This document shows, in pieces, positions 8,264 to 17,545 of a stretch of 64,000 nucleotides of DNA. The position numbers and the translations under genes were made by a program. The DNA lies in the sequence record NC_027399.1. The stretch is one strand, 5' to 3'. How positions within the stretch are numbered: position 1 is the stretch's first letter; every line of letters begins with the position of its first letter. The notes under the pieces were generated by a model. That model made no database searches. It was not told the DNA's origin and saw nothing but the letters and a program-made list of their open reading frames with translations.

Positions 8264-8653
8264 ATGAAAATACGAATTCATGAACACACAACTTATAATT
8301 ATTGTGAAGATTGTGGTCTAGAATCTTCATTGATATATTCTGTATCTGGTGATGGAATCTCATTTAAACAGGGAGACCATGCATATTGTTATGGAACTGA
8401 ATCTGGTGATATAGAAAATGTTCTAAAAGAGCTATTTTTACGCTTGCAATCCAAGGGAATTGATGCTAGACTGCCGGTGATGATAGATAATGACATTGAT
8501 TCAGTACTGAATTATGATTCTTTTATCCACTCGGGATATGTTCATTATTTGAACACTTTGGGTGTAAATGTAAAACTAACATATAGTACTGAAGACTATC
8601 CAGATATGGATGGCGGTGATTATATTGATATTGAGGATGATTATGAAAGCTAA
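8264..8653 (+). CDS. hypothetical protein (CxxC...HxxC)
   Basis: 129-aa ORF. Confidence 0.7.
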   Translation: MKIRIHEHTTYNYCEDCGLESSLIYSVSGDGISFKQGDHAYCYGTESGDIENVLKELFLRLQSKGIDARLPVMIDNDIDSVLNYDSFIHSGYVHYLNTLGVNVKLTYSTEDYPDMDGGDYIDIEDDYES

Positions 8654-9203
8654 AGAACTTGCAGAATTACTAATGAAAAATCCAGAACAAGAAGTATACT
8701 TGGAAGAAACACATTTTGATGATTGGGACTGTTCTGTATTTTATACACCATCTGAAGTTGTAGATATTCAAATTACTCCAAGTGGAGTTTTTATTAAACA
8801 CAATCCGATGCATAGTCAGGATACAACTTCATTAAAGATGCCAAGTACTGAACCAGTTGTTGGTTCACTCAACGTGTTGTTAAATTGCCCAATTGGTGAT
8901 CTACGATATTTCAGTAATGATACATCCAATCACGTTCAATCATTTGTTGAAGAATTATTGAATTATGGTTCAATTAGTGATTATGTTTCATTTATGGATG
9001 CACACATTCGTTTTGTGTTACAACAAACTGATGTTGATTACAGTACAGAAGATGGTTATTTTATCGGTCCAGATGATTGCACTTATGAAGTACTAACAAG
9101 TTATGATCCAAACACTTGGGAAACTTTTTATACTGAAATGACCTACCAAGAAGTTTTTGATTATGCACACAAAAACTTTGAAATTAAGAAATACGAGGAA
9201 TAA
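8643..9203 (+). CDS. hypothetical protein
   Basis: ATG 8643 after GAGG RBS. Confidence 0.7.
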   Translation: MKAKELAELLMKNPEQEVYLEETHFDDWDCSVFYTPSEVVDIQITPSGVFIKHNPMHSQDTTSLKMPSTEPVVGSLNVLLNCPIGDLRYFSNDTSNHVQSFVEELLNYGSISDYVSFMDAHIRFVLQQTDVDYSTEDGYFIGPDDCTYEVLTSYDPNTWETFYTEMTYQEVFDYAHKNFEIKKYEE

Positions 9204-9204
9204 A

Positions 9205-9696
9205 ATGTATACTGTCATTTTTGTATCACAGCCATATAATAATGAAGATGATTATTCAAAAAGTACAGATGGTTCTATGACAATCAAGAATTCAAATTCC
9301 AAATTGGAAACAAATAAGATTATCAATGAATTGATCAATGATTATTATCATAAAGATAATAAAAACACAGCATTAAACCGTCTTGATTTTGGTGATTTTG
9401 GGCTTGTTGTATTACTGGATGGTTGTGTACTACAAGAATTTAACATGAATAATATTGATTACAGTGATTTAACATCACCAGTTAAAAGTACTGATTATTT
9501 TGACATTAAATCAATTGATAATAAAGTTTCAAAGAACATTAGTAATATTAACAAATTTGCTCATGATTTCAAACTTGAAGAAGTTAATGCCTTCAGAAAG
9601 TTGAAAACTATGTATCAGGAGATTGAAATGGAGAAACATGAACGTAGACAACTTAGTATTTTATTAGAAAAATATCCAGATATGGGTGGTAGATAA
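9205..9696 (+). CDS. hypothetical protein
   Basis: ATG 9205 after GAGG RBS. Confidence 0.7.
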   Translation: MYTVIFVSQPYNNEDDYSKSTDGSMTIKNSNSKLETNKIINELINDYYHKDNKNTALNRLDFGDFGLVVLLDGCVLQEFNMNNIDYSDLTSPVKSTDYFDIKSIDNKVSKNISNINKFAHDFKLEEVNAFRKLKTMYQEIEMEKHERRQLSILLEKYPDMGGR

Positions 9697-9795
9697 TGGC
9701 ATTGCGTTCAATAAAGAAATATAGTGCAACAACAAAAATAATCAAAAAAGATGGTTATGATTTAGTACTGAAACCTGAATATCAATATATTAAAA

Positions 9796-10023
9796 ATGCT
9801 ATCTTTGAAATGCCAATATGGTGCTAAAAGAAGAAAAATCATTCTTGATATGTTAAGAGAAGGTGTTGAATTTAAAGTTAATGGTATGCATGATATCCAA
9901 ACCAAAAATGATCCAGATATTAAACGATTGTTGAAGTACAAGAAAATAGAGATGTTTAATGTGAGAAGTGGTTCATGGTCAGATCGTAGTAAACATACAT
10001 ACTTGAGGATTAAAAATGGATGA
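9796..10023 (+). CDS. small basic hypothetical protein
   Basis: 75-aa ORF. Confidence 0.55.
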   Translation: MLSLKCQYGAKRRKIILDMLREGVEFKVNGMHDIQTKNDPDIKRLLKYKKIEMFNVRSGSWSDRSKHTYLRIKNG

Positions 10024-10186
10024 AACTGATTTAGAAATTTTATTGACAAATAATCTAAGTATAGAAATTGATACAGTAGATGATGATTACTACAATATGG
10101 ATGGTGATATTGTTAGAAGAAAACATATTACTGTTAGCATTTTATACAAAGGAAAGGTAATAAGCACAGATATTAGTACTGTATAA
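10016..10186 (+). CDS. small acidic hypothetical protein (not in ORF track)
   Basis: GAGG RBS; MDETDLEILL...STDISTV*, 56 aa, fills the gap before tk. Confidence 0.6.
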   Translation: MDETDLEILLTNNLSIEIDTVDDDYYNMDGDIVRRKHITVSILYKGKVISTDISTV

Positions 10187-10197
10187 GGAAATACAAA

Positions 10198-10773
10198 ATG
10201 AGTTTGATTTATACTTTCGCGGTGATGGCCGCAGGGAAAAGTACACAATTATTACAAAATGCATATAATCACAGTAAAAATGGATTAAAAGTACTGTATT
10301 ATACAAGTTCACTGGATAACAGATATGGTGTGGGTAAAATAACATCCAGAATTGGTATTAATGCAAATGCTGAGGTGATTCCAAAAGATGATCTTTCAGT
10401 ACTGCAAAATATCATCGAACTGTTGAAGAAAGACGACTACGTTGCTATTTTTGTTGATGAGTGTCAATTTTTGAATTCAAAACAGGTTGACTTTTTGAGT
10501 GATATCGTTGATAATTACGAAATAGACATTTATTGCTACGGCATTAAAACTGACTTTGAAGGTAAGTTGTTTGAAGGTAGCAAACGATTAATAGAAATTG
10601 CTGATTCCGTTAAAGAACTGGAAAATTTATGTGAAAATCATAAATGTAAAAACTTAGCTATTATGAATGCTCGTATAGTCGATAGTACTGAACAAGTGCT
10701 GATCGGCGGTTCTGAAGCATACAAAAGTTTATGTAGAAAGTGTTATAAAAATCATATTTCTAAAAGAGGTTAA
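10198..10773 (+). CDS. tdk: thymidine kinase
   Basis: AVMAAGKSTQLL P-loop, IFVDECQFL, YGIKTDF, zinc Cys pairs. Confidence 0.95.
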   Translation: MSLIYTFAVMAAGKSTQLLQNAYNHSKNGLKVLYYTSSLDNRYGVGKITSRIGINANAEVIPKDDLSVLQNIIELLKKDDYVAIFVDECQFLNSKQVDFLSDIVDNYEIDIYCYGIKTDFEGKLFEGSKRLIEIADSVKELENLCENHKCKNLAIMNARIVDSTEQVLIGGSEAYKSLCRKCYKNHISKRG

Positions 10774-10777
10774 TGCA

Positions 10778-11005
10778 ATGAAAATCATTAAAAATATTTT
10801 CACTCGCGTTGGGGAAGGTATTGTTGAATCTTTTTCTTTTATGTTTGGCACAGCCTGTAATTTAATTGCAGTACTGTGGTTTTCTTTGGCTTTACATTTT
10901 GTTCCAGTGTGGTTTATTGCTACAGTTATAATTGTGATTCTGTTAGTGGTAATTTATTTTACATATAAAGATGAACTCGATTCAATTAAAGAATCCGATG
11001 ATTAA
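10778..11005 (+). CDS. small membrane protein
   Basis: Two hydrophobic helices. Confidence 0.65.
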   Translation: MKIIKNIFTRVGEGIVESFSFMFGTACNLIAVLWFSLALHFVPVWFIATVIIVILLVVIYFTYKDELDSIKESDD

Positions 11006-11010
11006 TAACA

Positions 11011-11040
11011 AAAACTTCTCCTTTTGGGGAAGTTTTATTT
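11011..11040 (+). terminator. intrinsic terminator
   Basis: AAAACTTCTCC-tttt-GGGGAAGTTTT + T tract. Confidence 0.7.
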
Positions 11041-11053
11041 TTAAGGTACTAAT

Positions 11054-11518
11054 ATGTTAATTGCTTATTTTGTATTAATGCTCTTTACTTTAGTTATTGT
11101 AGTACTGGATGGCTCTTATATTGGTTTATTCGGTAAAACTATCCAGAACTATCGTATCGCAGGAGCAGTAAATGATTCAGAATCAAGACGTGTATCATAT
11201 CTATGTGCGAGAGCATTAAATCATGAAATTGATGTTAAAATAATCGAAGATAAACATGAATCTTATCTGGTATTCAAAGATGAATTAGTATGTCTTGATA
11301 TTACAGACCGATTGAGATGGACGTTCGGTAATAGAATGAAGATGAACAGTGTAACACAGGAAACTTTTATTAAAAAATGTGATAACGGAAGCAATAATTT
11401 GTCTATTAGTACCAAAAAAGATATTGAAGAAGTTATTCAGTACTGTAAAAATAATAATCTAATTGATTCTTATAAGAGTTACGTGTCAATTAGTGATGAC
11501 CATTGGTGGTTTGAATGA
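11054..11518 (+). CDS. hypothetical membrane-anchored protein
   Basis: N-terminal TM helix. Confidence 0.7.
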   Translation: MLIAYFVLMLFTLVIVVLDGSYIGLFGKTIQNYRIAGAVNDSESRRVSYLCARALNHEIDVKIIEDKHESYLVFKDELVCLDITDRLRWTFGNRMKMNSVTQETFIKKCDNGSNNLSISTKKDIEEVIQYCKNNNLIDSYKSYVSISDDHWWFE

Positions 11519-11931
11519 GAGTACGTAAACACAAATTAAAACACTATAACAAAATTATCAAAAAATATTATTTAATTGATGATGATTTTATACGTAAAAT
11601 GTATCGTTCACTACATACCAGAGTATACCCCGACTGTGTATTGAATGATAATAAAAAATACTACAATCCTGGTAAATCCAAGTACAAGAAAAAAGTAAAA
11701 AAAGAAAAATTTAAAACTAAGAATTCTTTTGAAAAATTTATTCCAATGAGTAAAATATATGCATGGATACCAATCACTTATTACAATCCAGTCAAAAGAA
11801 GTAGAGTAAAAGATATATCCAATGGTTATATAATGTGCAGCCGAGTTGACCTGAATGAAATTCTTGGTACTGAATACGATGAAATGGATTTCCAAAATAT
11901 GAATTTAATTTCATATTTTTCAGAGTGGTGA
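11515..11931 (+). CDS. basic hypothetical protein
   Basis: ATGA overlap. Confidence 0.65.
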   Translation: MRVRKHKLKHYNKIIKKYYLIDDDFIRKMYRSLHTRVYPDCVLNDNKKYYNPGKSKYKKKVKKEKFKTKNSFEKFIPMSKIYAWIPITYYNPVKRSRVKDISNGYIMCSRVDLNEILGTEYDEMDFQNMNLISYFSEW

Positions 11932-11969
11932 TTTAATTTTTTTGGATATTTTTTATTAGGTGTGATATA

Positions 11970-12311
11970 ATGTATACAAATAAAGCACAAGTTGACACAA
12001 TGTACTGGAATATTCATATTGCTGGGGATTTAGCAGCAGCGGAACGTTTTTGTACTGAATATGCATTTCAAAAAGGTTGGTGTACTCAGATTTATCCATG
12101 CAAGTACATTTATACTGGTGGTCAAGAGTCTGGTATCGTGGCTCGTATTATTTCTTATCCTCGTTTTGTGAAGAGTTTTGACATTCAGAACGATGAAGTT
12201 ATTGATTTTGCCAAGAAATTAGCAGAACGTCTTTGTCAGAAAAGTTTTACAATTGAAAATAAAGATACCAGTACTTATTACGAAAGTGATAATCCACTAC
12301 ATGGAAAATAA
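11970..12311 (+). CDS. conserved phage hypothetical protein
   Basis: IHIAGD...YIYTGGQESG..ISYPRF; true start may be ATG 12000. Confidence 0.7.
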   Translation: MYTNKAQVDTMYWNIHIAGDLAAAERFCTEYAFQKGWCTQIYPCKYIYTGGQESGIVARIISYPRFVKSFDIQNDEVIDFAKKLAERLCQKSFTIENKDTSTYYESDNPLHGK

Positions 12312-12791
12312 ATGAAAGCTAAAATTACTTATACGTATGAATTTGATCCATCAGAATCTGAGTTTTGGTCACATGAAACTGAACAAGATATGCTTAATGT
12401 ATTAACTAGTAATGCTGAAGCTGGATTTCATAGAGTTCGTTTGAATCATGAATATCAACATAAAGTTTCTGATTTTAGTTATTCTATAAAACATGCTAAA
12501 AATACTTTTGATATAATTATTGAAAGTGAGTATCCGATTCATCGTTGTGAAGAATTTCTTGAAGATTTCAGTGATGATTGTTTTGAAGATCTTATGTCAC
12601 AATTTTCTGTGTATTATTCAAAACATAACGTTGAGATTAAAAATTGGATAGAAATACCTACTAAACCAGGAAAATGTTCTCACATTTATCAACACTTGCA
12701 ATTTATGGCAGTTGGTGATAAAATACAAGAATTGAAGAAATGTGAAAAGTGTGAAGAAGTCTTTACATTTGACGTTAAAAAAGGAAAATAG
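12312..12791 (+). CDS. hypothetical protein with C-terminal Cys/His ribbon
   Basis: CSH...CEKC. Confidence 0.7.
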   Translation: MKAKITYTYEFDPSESEFWSHETEQDMLNVLTSNAEAGFHRVRLNHEYQHKVSDFSYSIKHAKNTFDIIIESEYPIHRCEEFLEDFSDDCFEDLMSQFSVYYSKHNVEIKNWIEIPTKPGKCSHIYQHLQFMAVGDKIQELKKCEKCEEVFTFDVKKGK

Positions 12792-12926
12792 ATGAAAGGA
12801 TTACGAAATTTTACATATGCTACGTACATTGCAATACGTACTAGTTACGAAATGAACCCAGTACTGACTACTGCTCTTGGAACAGTTACGGTACTTTTTG
12901 TTTTGAGTATATTTGGAGTTATTTAA
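12792..12926 (+). CDS. small membrane protein (not in ORF track)
   Basis: AAGGA RBS; 44 aa with C-terminal TM helix. Confidence 0.55.
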   Translation: MKGLRNFTYATYIAIRTSYEMNPVLTTALGTVTVLFVLSIFGVI

Positions 12927-12928
12927 TA

Positions 12929-13135
12929 ATGTCTGTGAAAATCAATGCTGATATTTACTGTAGTGGTGCACCGAACTATTTTATTTTTGCAGTAAGTACA
13001 TCTTATGATAGTAAAGGTGATTCTTATACTTTGATTAATAATACACATTGGGTACGTACAAGTAACCCCATTGATATTTCTGAATTATCAAACTATTATA
13101 GCATTGGAAAAGACAGCATTTTTGTAAACAATTGA
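12929..13135 (+). CDS. hypothetical protein
   Basis: GGAG RBS, 68 aa. Confidence 0.6.
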   Translation: MSVKINADIYCSGAPNYFIFAVSTSYDSKGDSYTLINNTHWVRTSNPIDISELSNYYSIGKDSIFVNN

Positions 13136-13145
13136 GGAATATTAC

Positions 13146-13553
13146 GTGATTTCATTGGAAGGTACATTGCAATATGATCCGCCAAGGACTATTAAAATCA
13201 ATGAACCTTATTGGTTAGTACTAAACCTACCAGATGAAATTATTAAGTACTACCAATGGTTTGTTCGTAAAGAATTATTCATTGATATTAAAGATCCTCC
13301 ACACAGTGCTCATGTGAGCATAGTTCGTGGTGAAGTTCCTCCTAATATTGATATGTGGAAAAAATATGATGGGATGGAATTACATTTCGAATATTATCCA
13401 TATATTACAATTAAAAAGGATGAGAAAAATCCAGGAAATTTTTTCTTTATTAACTTTTATTCTGATGAAATATTGAGCATTAGGGAAGAACTGGGATTAT
13501 ATTCCAAATATTCCGAGTGGCATTTTACGATTGGTAGAACACACTACGACTAA
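13146..13553 (+). CDS. 2H phosphoesterase-superfamily protein
   Basis: Two Hx(S/T) motifs, AHVSIV and WHFTIG, about 75 aa apart; GAGG RBS, GTG start. Confidence 0.7.
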   Translation: MISLEGTLQYDPPRTIKINEPYWLVLNLPDEIIKYYQWFVRKELFIDIKDPPHSAHVSIVRGEVPPNIDMWKKYDGMELHFEYYPYITIKKDEKNPGNFFFINFYSDEILSIREELGLYSKYSEWHFTIGRTHYD

Positions 13554-13652
13554 ATATAATTTGACATTAAATGAAATCAGTATTAAAATACTGAGATTGT
13601 TAAGTCCATAGTGGCTTGATGCGGAAAAGCCACTTTCTGTATCAAGCCTTTT
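13551..13652 (+). promoter_or_regulatory. endolysin promoter(s) and structured leader
   Basis: TAAATA 13551-13556; TTGACA-N17-TAAAAT 13561-13589; palindrome 13577-13594; 15-bp hairpin 13613-13648 + TTTT. Confidence 0.65.
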
Positions 13653-13680
13653 ATTAAACAAAAAAGGAGAAATACAGAAC

Positions 13681-14583
13681 ATGGCGAAACATAACAGAAA
13701 AACCATCAAAAAGCTTATTCTTTTAAGTGGTTTAACTGTTCTTGCTGCCGCTACATTTGAATTTAACGCTTTTTCTAATAACGATCACTTATCATCGCAA
13801 AAGGTAAGTATACAGGAACCGCATATTCAGCAAATTCAAAAGCAAGTACTTAACATTACAGTACTTAACAGCGAGAATGAAAAATACACGGTACAGGCTG
13901 GTGATACATATAAAAGTATTTCCGTTAAATATAAGCCAAAAAACGTGAAACTATCCGAGTATATCACATTAATAAAAAATATTAATTTGAATTCTCCTAT
14001 TAGAACTTCTCAAGTTATCCTCTTACCTAATAAAGAGGATTTGCAGAGCATTATGACTGATGAGGTTATAAAATTCGATTATACAAACCCAAATTTTATT
14101 TCTCACTTAAAAGAACAAGAGGGATCAAAAAAATATCAAAGTACTACTAAACGTAGATTGTTAAATGGTACTTATGGTTATTCTTACAAAAACTCTAAGT
14201 TCTATCCATACAGAGATAGCTATGGTAATTACACCATAGGCTTCGGTCATTATATTTCTCGTAATGAATCAGTTGCAATGAAGTACAAAAATGGCATCAG
14301 TACTAAGGAAGCACATGATTTATTACTTGAAGATCTTAAAGTTACTGATTTACAATTAACCAAATTATTACAAGAAAAGAATGTTAAAAATTTGAGTCCA
14401 TACCAAGAGAGGGTATTATTTGAAATGACATTTATGTTAGGTTCAGATAAATTGTCAAAATTCCATACAATGTGGAGTGGTATTAAAACTGGAAATCATA
14501 AAAAGGTTAAACAGGCGATTGTCAATTCATTGTGGTATCGTCAGGTACCAAATCGTGCTGAATTGCTCGTAAACAATCTTTAA
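13681..14583 (+). CDS. endolysin: N-terminal signal/SAR-like helix, LysM domain, T4-lysozyme-like (GH24) domain
   Basis: YTVQAGDTYKSI LysM; EQEG...YRDSYGNYTIGFGH; SLWYRQVPNRA. Confidence 0.85.
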   Translation: MAKHNRKTIKKLILLSGLTVLAAATFEFNAFSNNDHLSSQKVSIQEPHIQQIQKQVLNITVLNSENEKYTVQAGDTYKSISVKYKPKNVKLSEYITLIKNINLNSPIRTSQVILLPNKEDLQSIMTDEVIKFDYTNPNFISHLKEQEGSKKYQSTTKRRLLNGTYGYSYKNSKFYPYRDSYGNYTIGFGHYISRNESVAMKYKNGISTKEAHDLLLEDLKVTDLQLTKLLQEKNVKNLSPYQERVLFEMTFMLGSDKLSKFHTMWSGIKTGNHKKVKQAIVNSLWYRQVPNRAELLVNNL

Positions 14584-14598
14584 AACATTTTTTTGGCA

Positions 14599-14628
14599 TT
14601 GACAACATTACAGATTGTGTGTTATAAT
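14599..14628 (+). promoter_or_regulatory. sigma70 early promoter
   Basis: TTGACA-N18-TATAAT with extended TG. Confidence 0.75.
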
Positions 14629-14655
14629 AAAGGGACTTTAAGAGTCCCTTTTTCT
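14629..14655 (+). terminator. intrinsic terminator for endolysin
   Basis: AAAGGGACT...AGTCCCTTTTT. Confidence 0.7.
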
Positions 14656-14668
14656 ATTTGGAAAATGT

Positions 14669-15121
14669 ATGCAAGAAACAATCAAATCTATTTCATTAAA
14701 AAATGAATTACAATCTGTACTTGATATTAAAGATATTCATTACTATAGAAAAAGAGATAAAAATAATAAATTTAGTGCAGGATGGTTTAAAATAACAAAA
14801 AATACAAGTATTTGTCAGGCACGTTGTGGTGTGAATTATGCTTCGTATCTTTGTATTGAAGTACGTTATCCAAACAGAGATGAATTAAAATTTAAGTTAT
14901 ACAATGATGCAATTGTATTGGAAGTGAGAAACGGGTTTATTAATATTTTTACGTTTAAACATGTACAACATTGTAGATTTACACCTGATTTATCTTATGA
15001 TATGTACCATCAATATATGTTCATTGAAGACCATTGGAATTTATCATATGATGAGTATTCAGTACTGAACAAGATTTATAATAAATGTAAAGATCATTTA
15101 TTGAAAGAAGAAAAAAGATGA
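14669..15121 (+). CDS. hypothetical protein
   Basis: 150-aa ORF. Confidence 0.7.
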   Translation: MQETIKSISLKNELQSVLDIKDIHYYRKRDKNNKFSAGWFKITKNTSICQARCGVNYASYLCIEVRYPNRDELKFKLYNDAIVLEVRNGFINIFTFKHVQHCRFTPDLSYDMYHQYMFIEDHWNLSYDEYSVLNKIYNKCKDHLLKEEKR

Positions 15122-15132
15122 AGGGTTAAAAT

Positions 15133-16239
15133 ATGAAAAAATATCTGGTAGGTGGTTATTGTCGTGACCGTCTTATGGGGTTAAAACCAAAAGACAAAGA
15201 TTATGTTATTGTTGGTGCTAATGAATCAGATATAAAATATCTGGAAAGTGCTGGATACAAACAGGTTGGTGTTGATTTCCCTGTGTATTTGAGTCCAAAG
15301 GGTAATGAATTTGCATTAGCTCGTGTAGAAAGAAAAACAGGGAATGGTTATGGTGGTTTTACCGTTGAAACAAAAGGTGTCACTCTTGAAGAAGACTTAT
15401 CTCGTCGAGATTTGACAATTAATAGTATTGCATATGAACCACTAATGGGGATCCACATTGACCCGTTTAAAGGAAGAGATGATATTAAAAATAAAATCTT
15501 GCGTCATACAAGTTCAGCTTTTAGTGAAGATCCACTCCGTGTTCTAAGGCTTGCTCGTTTTGCTACACGTTTTCAGGATTTTACTATTCATTCTGATACT
15601 GAACAAATGGTAATTGATATGGTACAAAGTGGTGAAACTGATTACTTGGTACCTGACCGAGTTTATGTTGAATTTAAAAAAGCATTTTCAGAAGAAAAAC
15701 CAGGTCGATTTATTAAAGTATTAAATGATATTGGATATATTCCCAAAGTACTACCTAAGTTTAAATGTACTAAAAAGAACATCGAATTGATTGATTATAT
15801 TTCGATGAATTGTACTGAACAATGGAAAGATTATTTCATTTGGAGTGTATTACTACAGGATGAAATTACTAATATTGAATCTAAAATCCGTGTACCACAA
15901 AAATACATTAAATTTAGTTCTTTTGTAGACCGTATGAAGGAAAATATTAAAACGTTTCGTAAAAAATCAGTAGAGGAAATGTGTGATATTCTCTTTGATA
16001 TGAATATCAAAAATAACGGTGGTGAAGAGTTTTTATATAAAGTACTGGAGTATTTTATTCTACGAAAAGAAATTGATGTAGACTTAGAAGACTTGATTAT
16101 TAAAGTATATGACAGATATGATAGTACTGTCATTCCTGATATTCAGGAAATGGTAAAAACTGGGGAACTTGATCCAAAAGACATTCGTGATTTTGTTCAA
16201 AATACACGCTATCATGAAATTAAAAAAATGTTTATCTGA
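15133..16239 (+). CDS. cca: tRNA nucleotidyltransferase (CCA-adding enzyme, class II)
   Basis: YLVGGYCRDRL..KDKDYV, RRDLTINSIA, FSEDPLRVLRLARFA. Confidence 0.92.
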   Translation: MKKYLVGGYCRDRLMGLKPKDKDYVIVGANESDIKYLESAGYKQVGVDFPVYLSPKGNEFALARVERKTGNGYGGFTVETKGVTLEEDLSRRDLTINSIAYEPLMGIHIDPFKGRDDIKNKILRHTSSAFSEDPLRVLRLARFATRFQDFTIHSDTEQMVIDMVQSGETDYLVPDRVYVEFKKAFSEEKPGRFIKVLNDIGYIPKVLPKFKCTKKNIELIDYISMNCTEQWKDYFIWSVLLQDEITNIESKIRVPQKYIKFSSFVDRMKENIKTFRKKSVEEMCDILFDMNIKNNGGEEFLYKVLEYFILRKEIDVDLEDLIIKVYDRYDSTVIPDIQEMVKTGELDPKDIRDFVQNTRYHEIKKMFI

Positions 16240-16299
16240 ACGTAAGACCAAAAAAACGATATAATAAATACCACAACAGCAAGCAAAAAGGAACGTCTT

Positions 16300-16734
16300 A
16301 TGCTTTATAGTTGTGGTATTATATTTTACCAAAATGGACAAATATTATTGGGTCATTGTACTGGTCAAAAACATTGGGATTTACCAAAAGGTAAAGCTGA
16401 AAACAATGAATCATTTGTTGAAGCAGCCATAAGAGAATGCAAAGAAGAAACTGGATTTATTGTAAAAGAAAATGAATTAATTCTATTAGGAGAAGTATCC
16501 TACCGTAAAGGAAAAAGATTAGTATTATTTTTTTGTACGTCAAAAATTAAACCAAATCCAGATGAGCTTCGATGTAGTACTACATATGTTAACAAACATG
16601 GTAAGAGAAGACCTGATATAGATTCGTACAAATATGTAGATCTAAAAGATTGTCCAAAATATTTAACACAAAGAATGTCTAAAAGTATTTTAAAATGTAC
16701 AGAGATTTATAAGAAGAAAAGGGAATCGAAATGA
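16300..16734 (+). CDS. NUDIX hydrolase
   Basis: GKAENNESFVEAAIRECKEETG Nudix box. Confidence 0.9.
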   Translation: MLYSCGIIFYQNGQILLGHCTGQKHWDLPKGKAENNESFVEAAIRECKEETGFIVKENELILLGEVSYRKGKRLVLFFCTSKIKPNPDELRCSTTYVNKHGKRRPDIDSYKYVDLKDCPKYLTQRMSKSILKCTEIYKKKRESK

Positions 16735-16979
16735 AAGTAACTATCTATGGTCGTAGTAGTGGTTGTAAGTGGTGCGATACCGCCAAAGCAGTATGTGAAA
16801 CCAATGGTTTTGATATGACATTTATTGATATCGATAGTGAAGGTATTGATGCCAATAAACTTGCTGAAATCTGTGGTGAACCAGTACGCTCAGTTCCACA
16901 AATTTTTGTGAATGGTGAATTCGTGAAAGGTGGTTGTACTGGTTTTGTTGAAGGTCTGAAAGAAGGTAAATTCATTTGA
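16731..16979 (+). CDS. glutaredoxin
   Basis: CKWC, SVPQIFVNGEFVKGG. Confidence 0.9.
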   Translation: MKVTIYGRSSGCKWCDTAKAVCETNGFDMTFIDIDSEGIDANKLAEICGEPVRSVPQIFVNGEFVKGGCTGFVEGLKEGKFI

Positions 16980-17206
16980 ATATTGAAGAAATCTCTAAAC
17001 GTGCAAAAGAAGTTGCAGAACAATTAGGAACTGATTTCGTTATTCCAGATTATAATGCATCTAAAGAAAAAGCCGAACGTAATATTAAAATGCGTATGGA
17101 ATACTTGTCACGCAAAGAAGAATACGATAATGTAATTGAAATGATTTTTGAAAAATACAGTCCAGAAGTCATTAATTGTTTTATTAATGATATCAAGAAA
17201 TCCTAA
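16976..17206 (+). CDS. hypothetical protein
   Basis: 76-aa ORF, TTG start. Confidence 0.6.
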   Translation: MNIEEISKRAKEVAEQLGTDFVIPDYNASKEKAERNIKMRMEYLSRKEEYDNVIEMIFEKYSPEVINCFINDIKKS

Positions 17207-17254
17207 ATAATATTGAAGGAACATGATTCCTTTGTACAATAAGAGGATATTACT

Positions 17255-17494
17255 ATGCTTAGTTTCCGTGAAAAATTAGCTAAAGGTATTTTTGAACACT
17301 CTACTCCTGCTACTTTTATTCCTAAAAAATCAAAATTCTTAGGAACAATTACAGAAGATGGTTATTGTGATTTTGAAGCACCAGAGAGTGATTGGTATCT
17401 TACTAAGGATTCAACACGAAGTAATAGACTTTATAAAAGTACACTAGCACGACAACATCGTAAAGAAGTGAAACGTATACGTTTCAAAGAATAA
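17255..17494 (+). CDS. hypothetical protein
   Basis: GAGG RBS; TAAATA at 17204-17209 upstream. Confidence 0.7.
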   Translation: MLSFREKLAKGIFEHSTPATFIPKKSKFLGTITEDGYCDFEAPESDWYLTKDSTRSNRLYKSTLARQHRKEVKRIRFKE

Positions 17495-17499
17495 ATCAA

Positions 17500-17535
17500 A
17501 AAAGGACTTCAAATATTTGAAGTCCTTTTCTTTTC
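17500..17535 (+). terminator. terminator formed by a perfect 30-bp palindrome
   Basis: AAAAGGACTTCAAAT|ATTTGAAGTCCTTTT + CTTTT. Confidence 0.7.
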
Positions 17536-17545
17536 AGGAAAATAT

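Noticed and set aside
17500-17529. Perfect 30-bp palindrome as a possible recombination or operator site
   Set aside because: Position after a stop codon and trailing T tract are adequately explained by an intrinsic terminator
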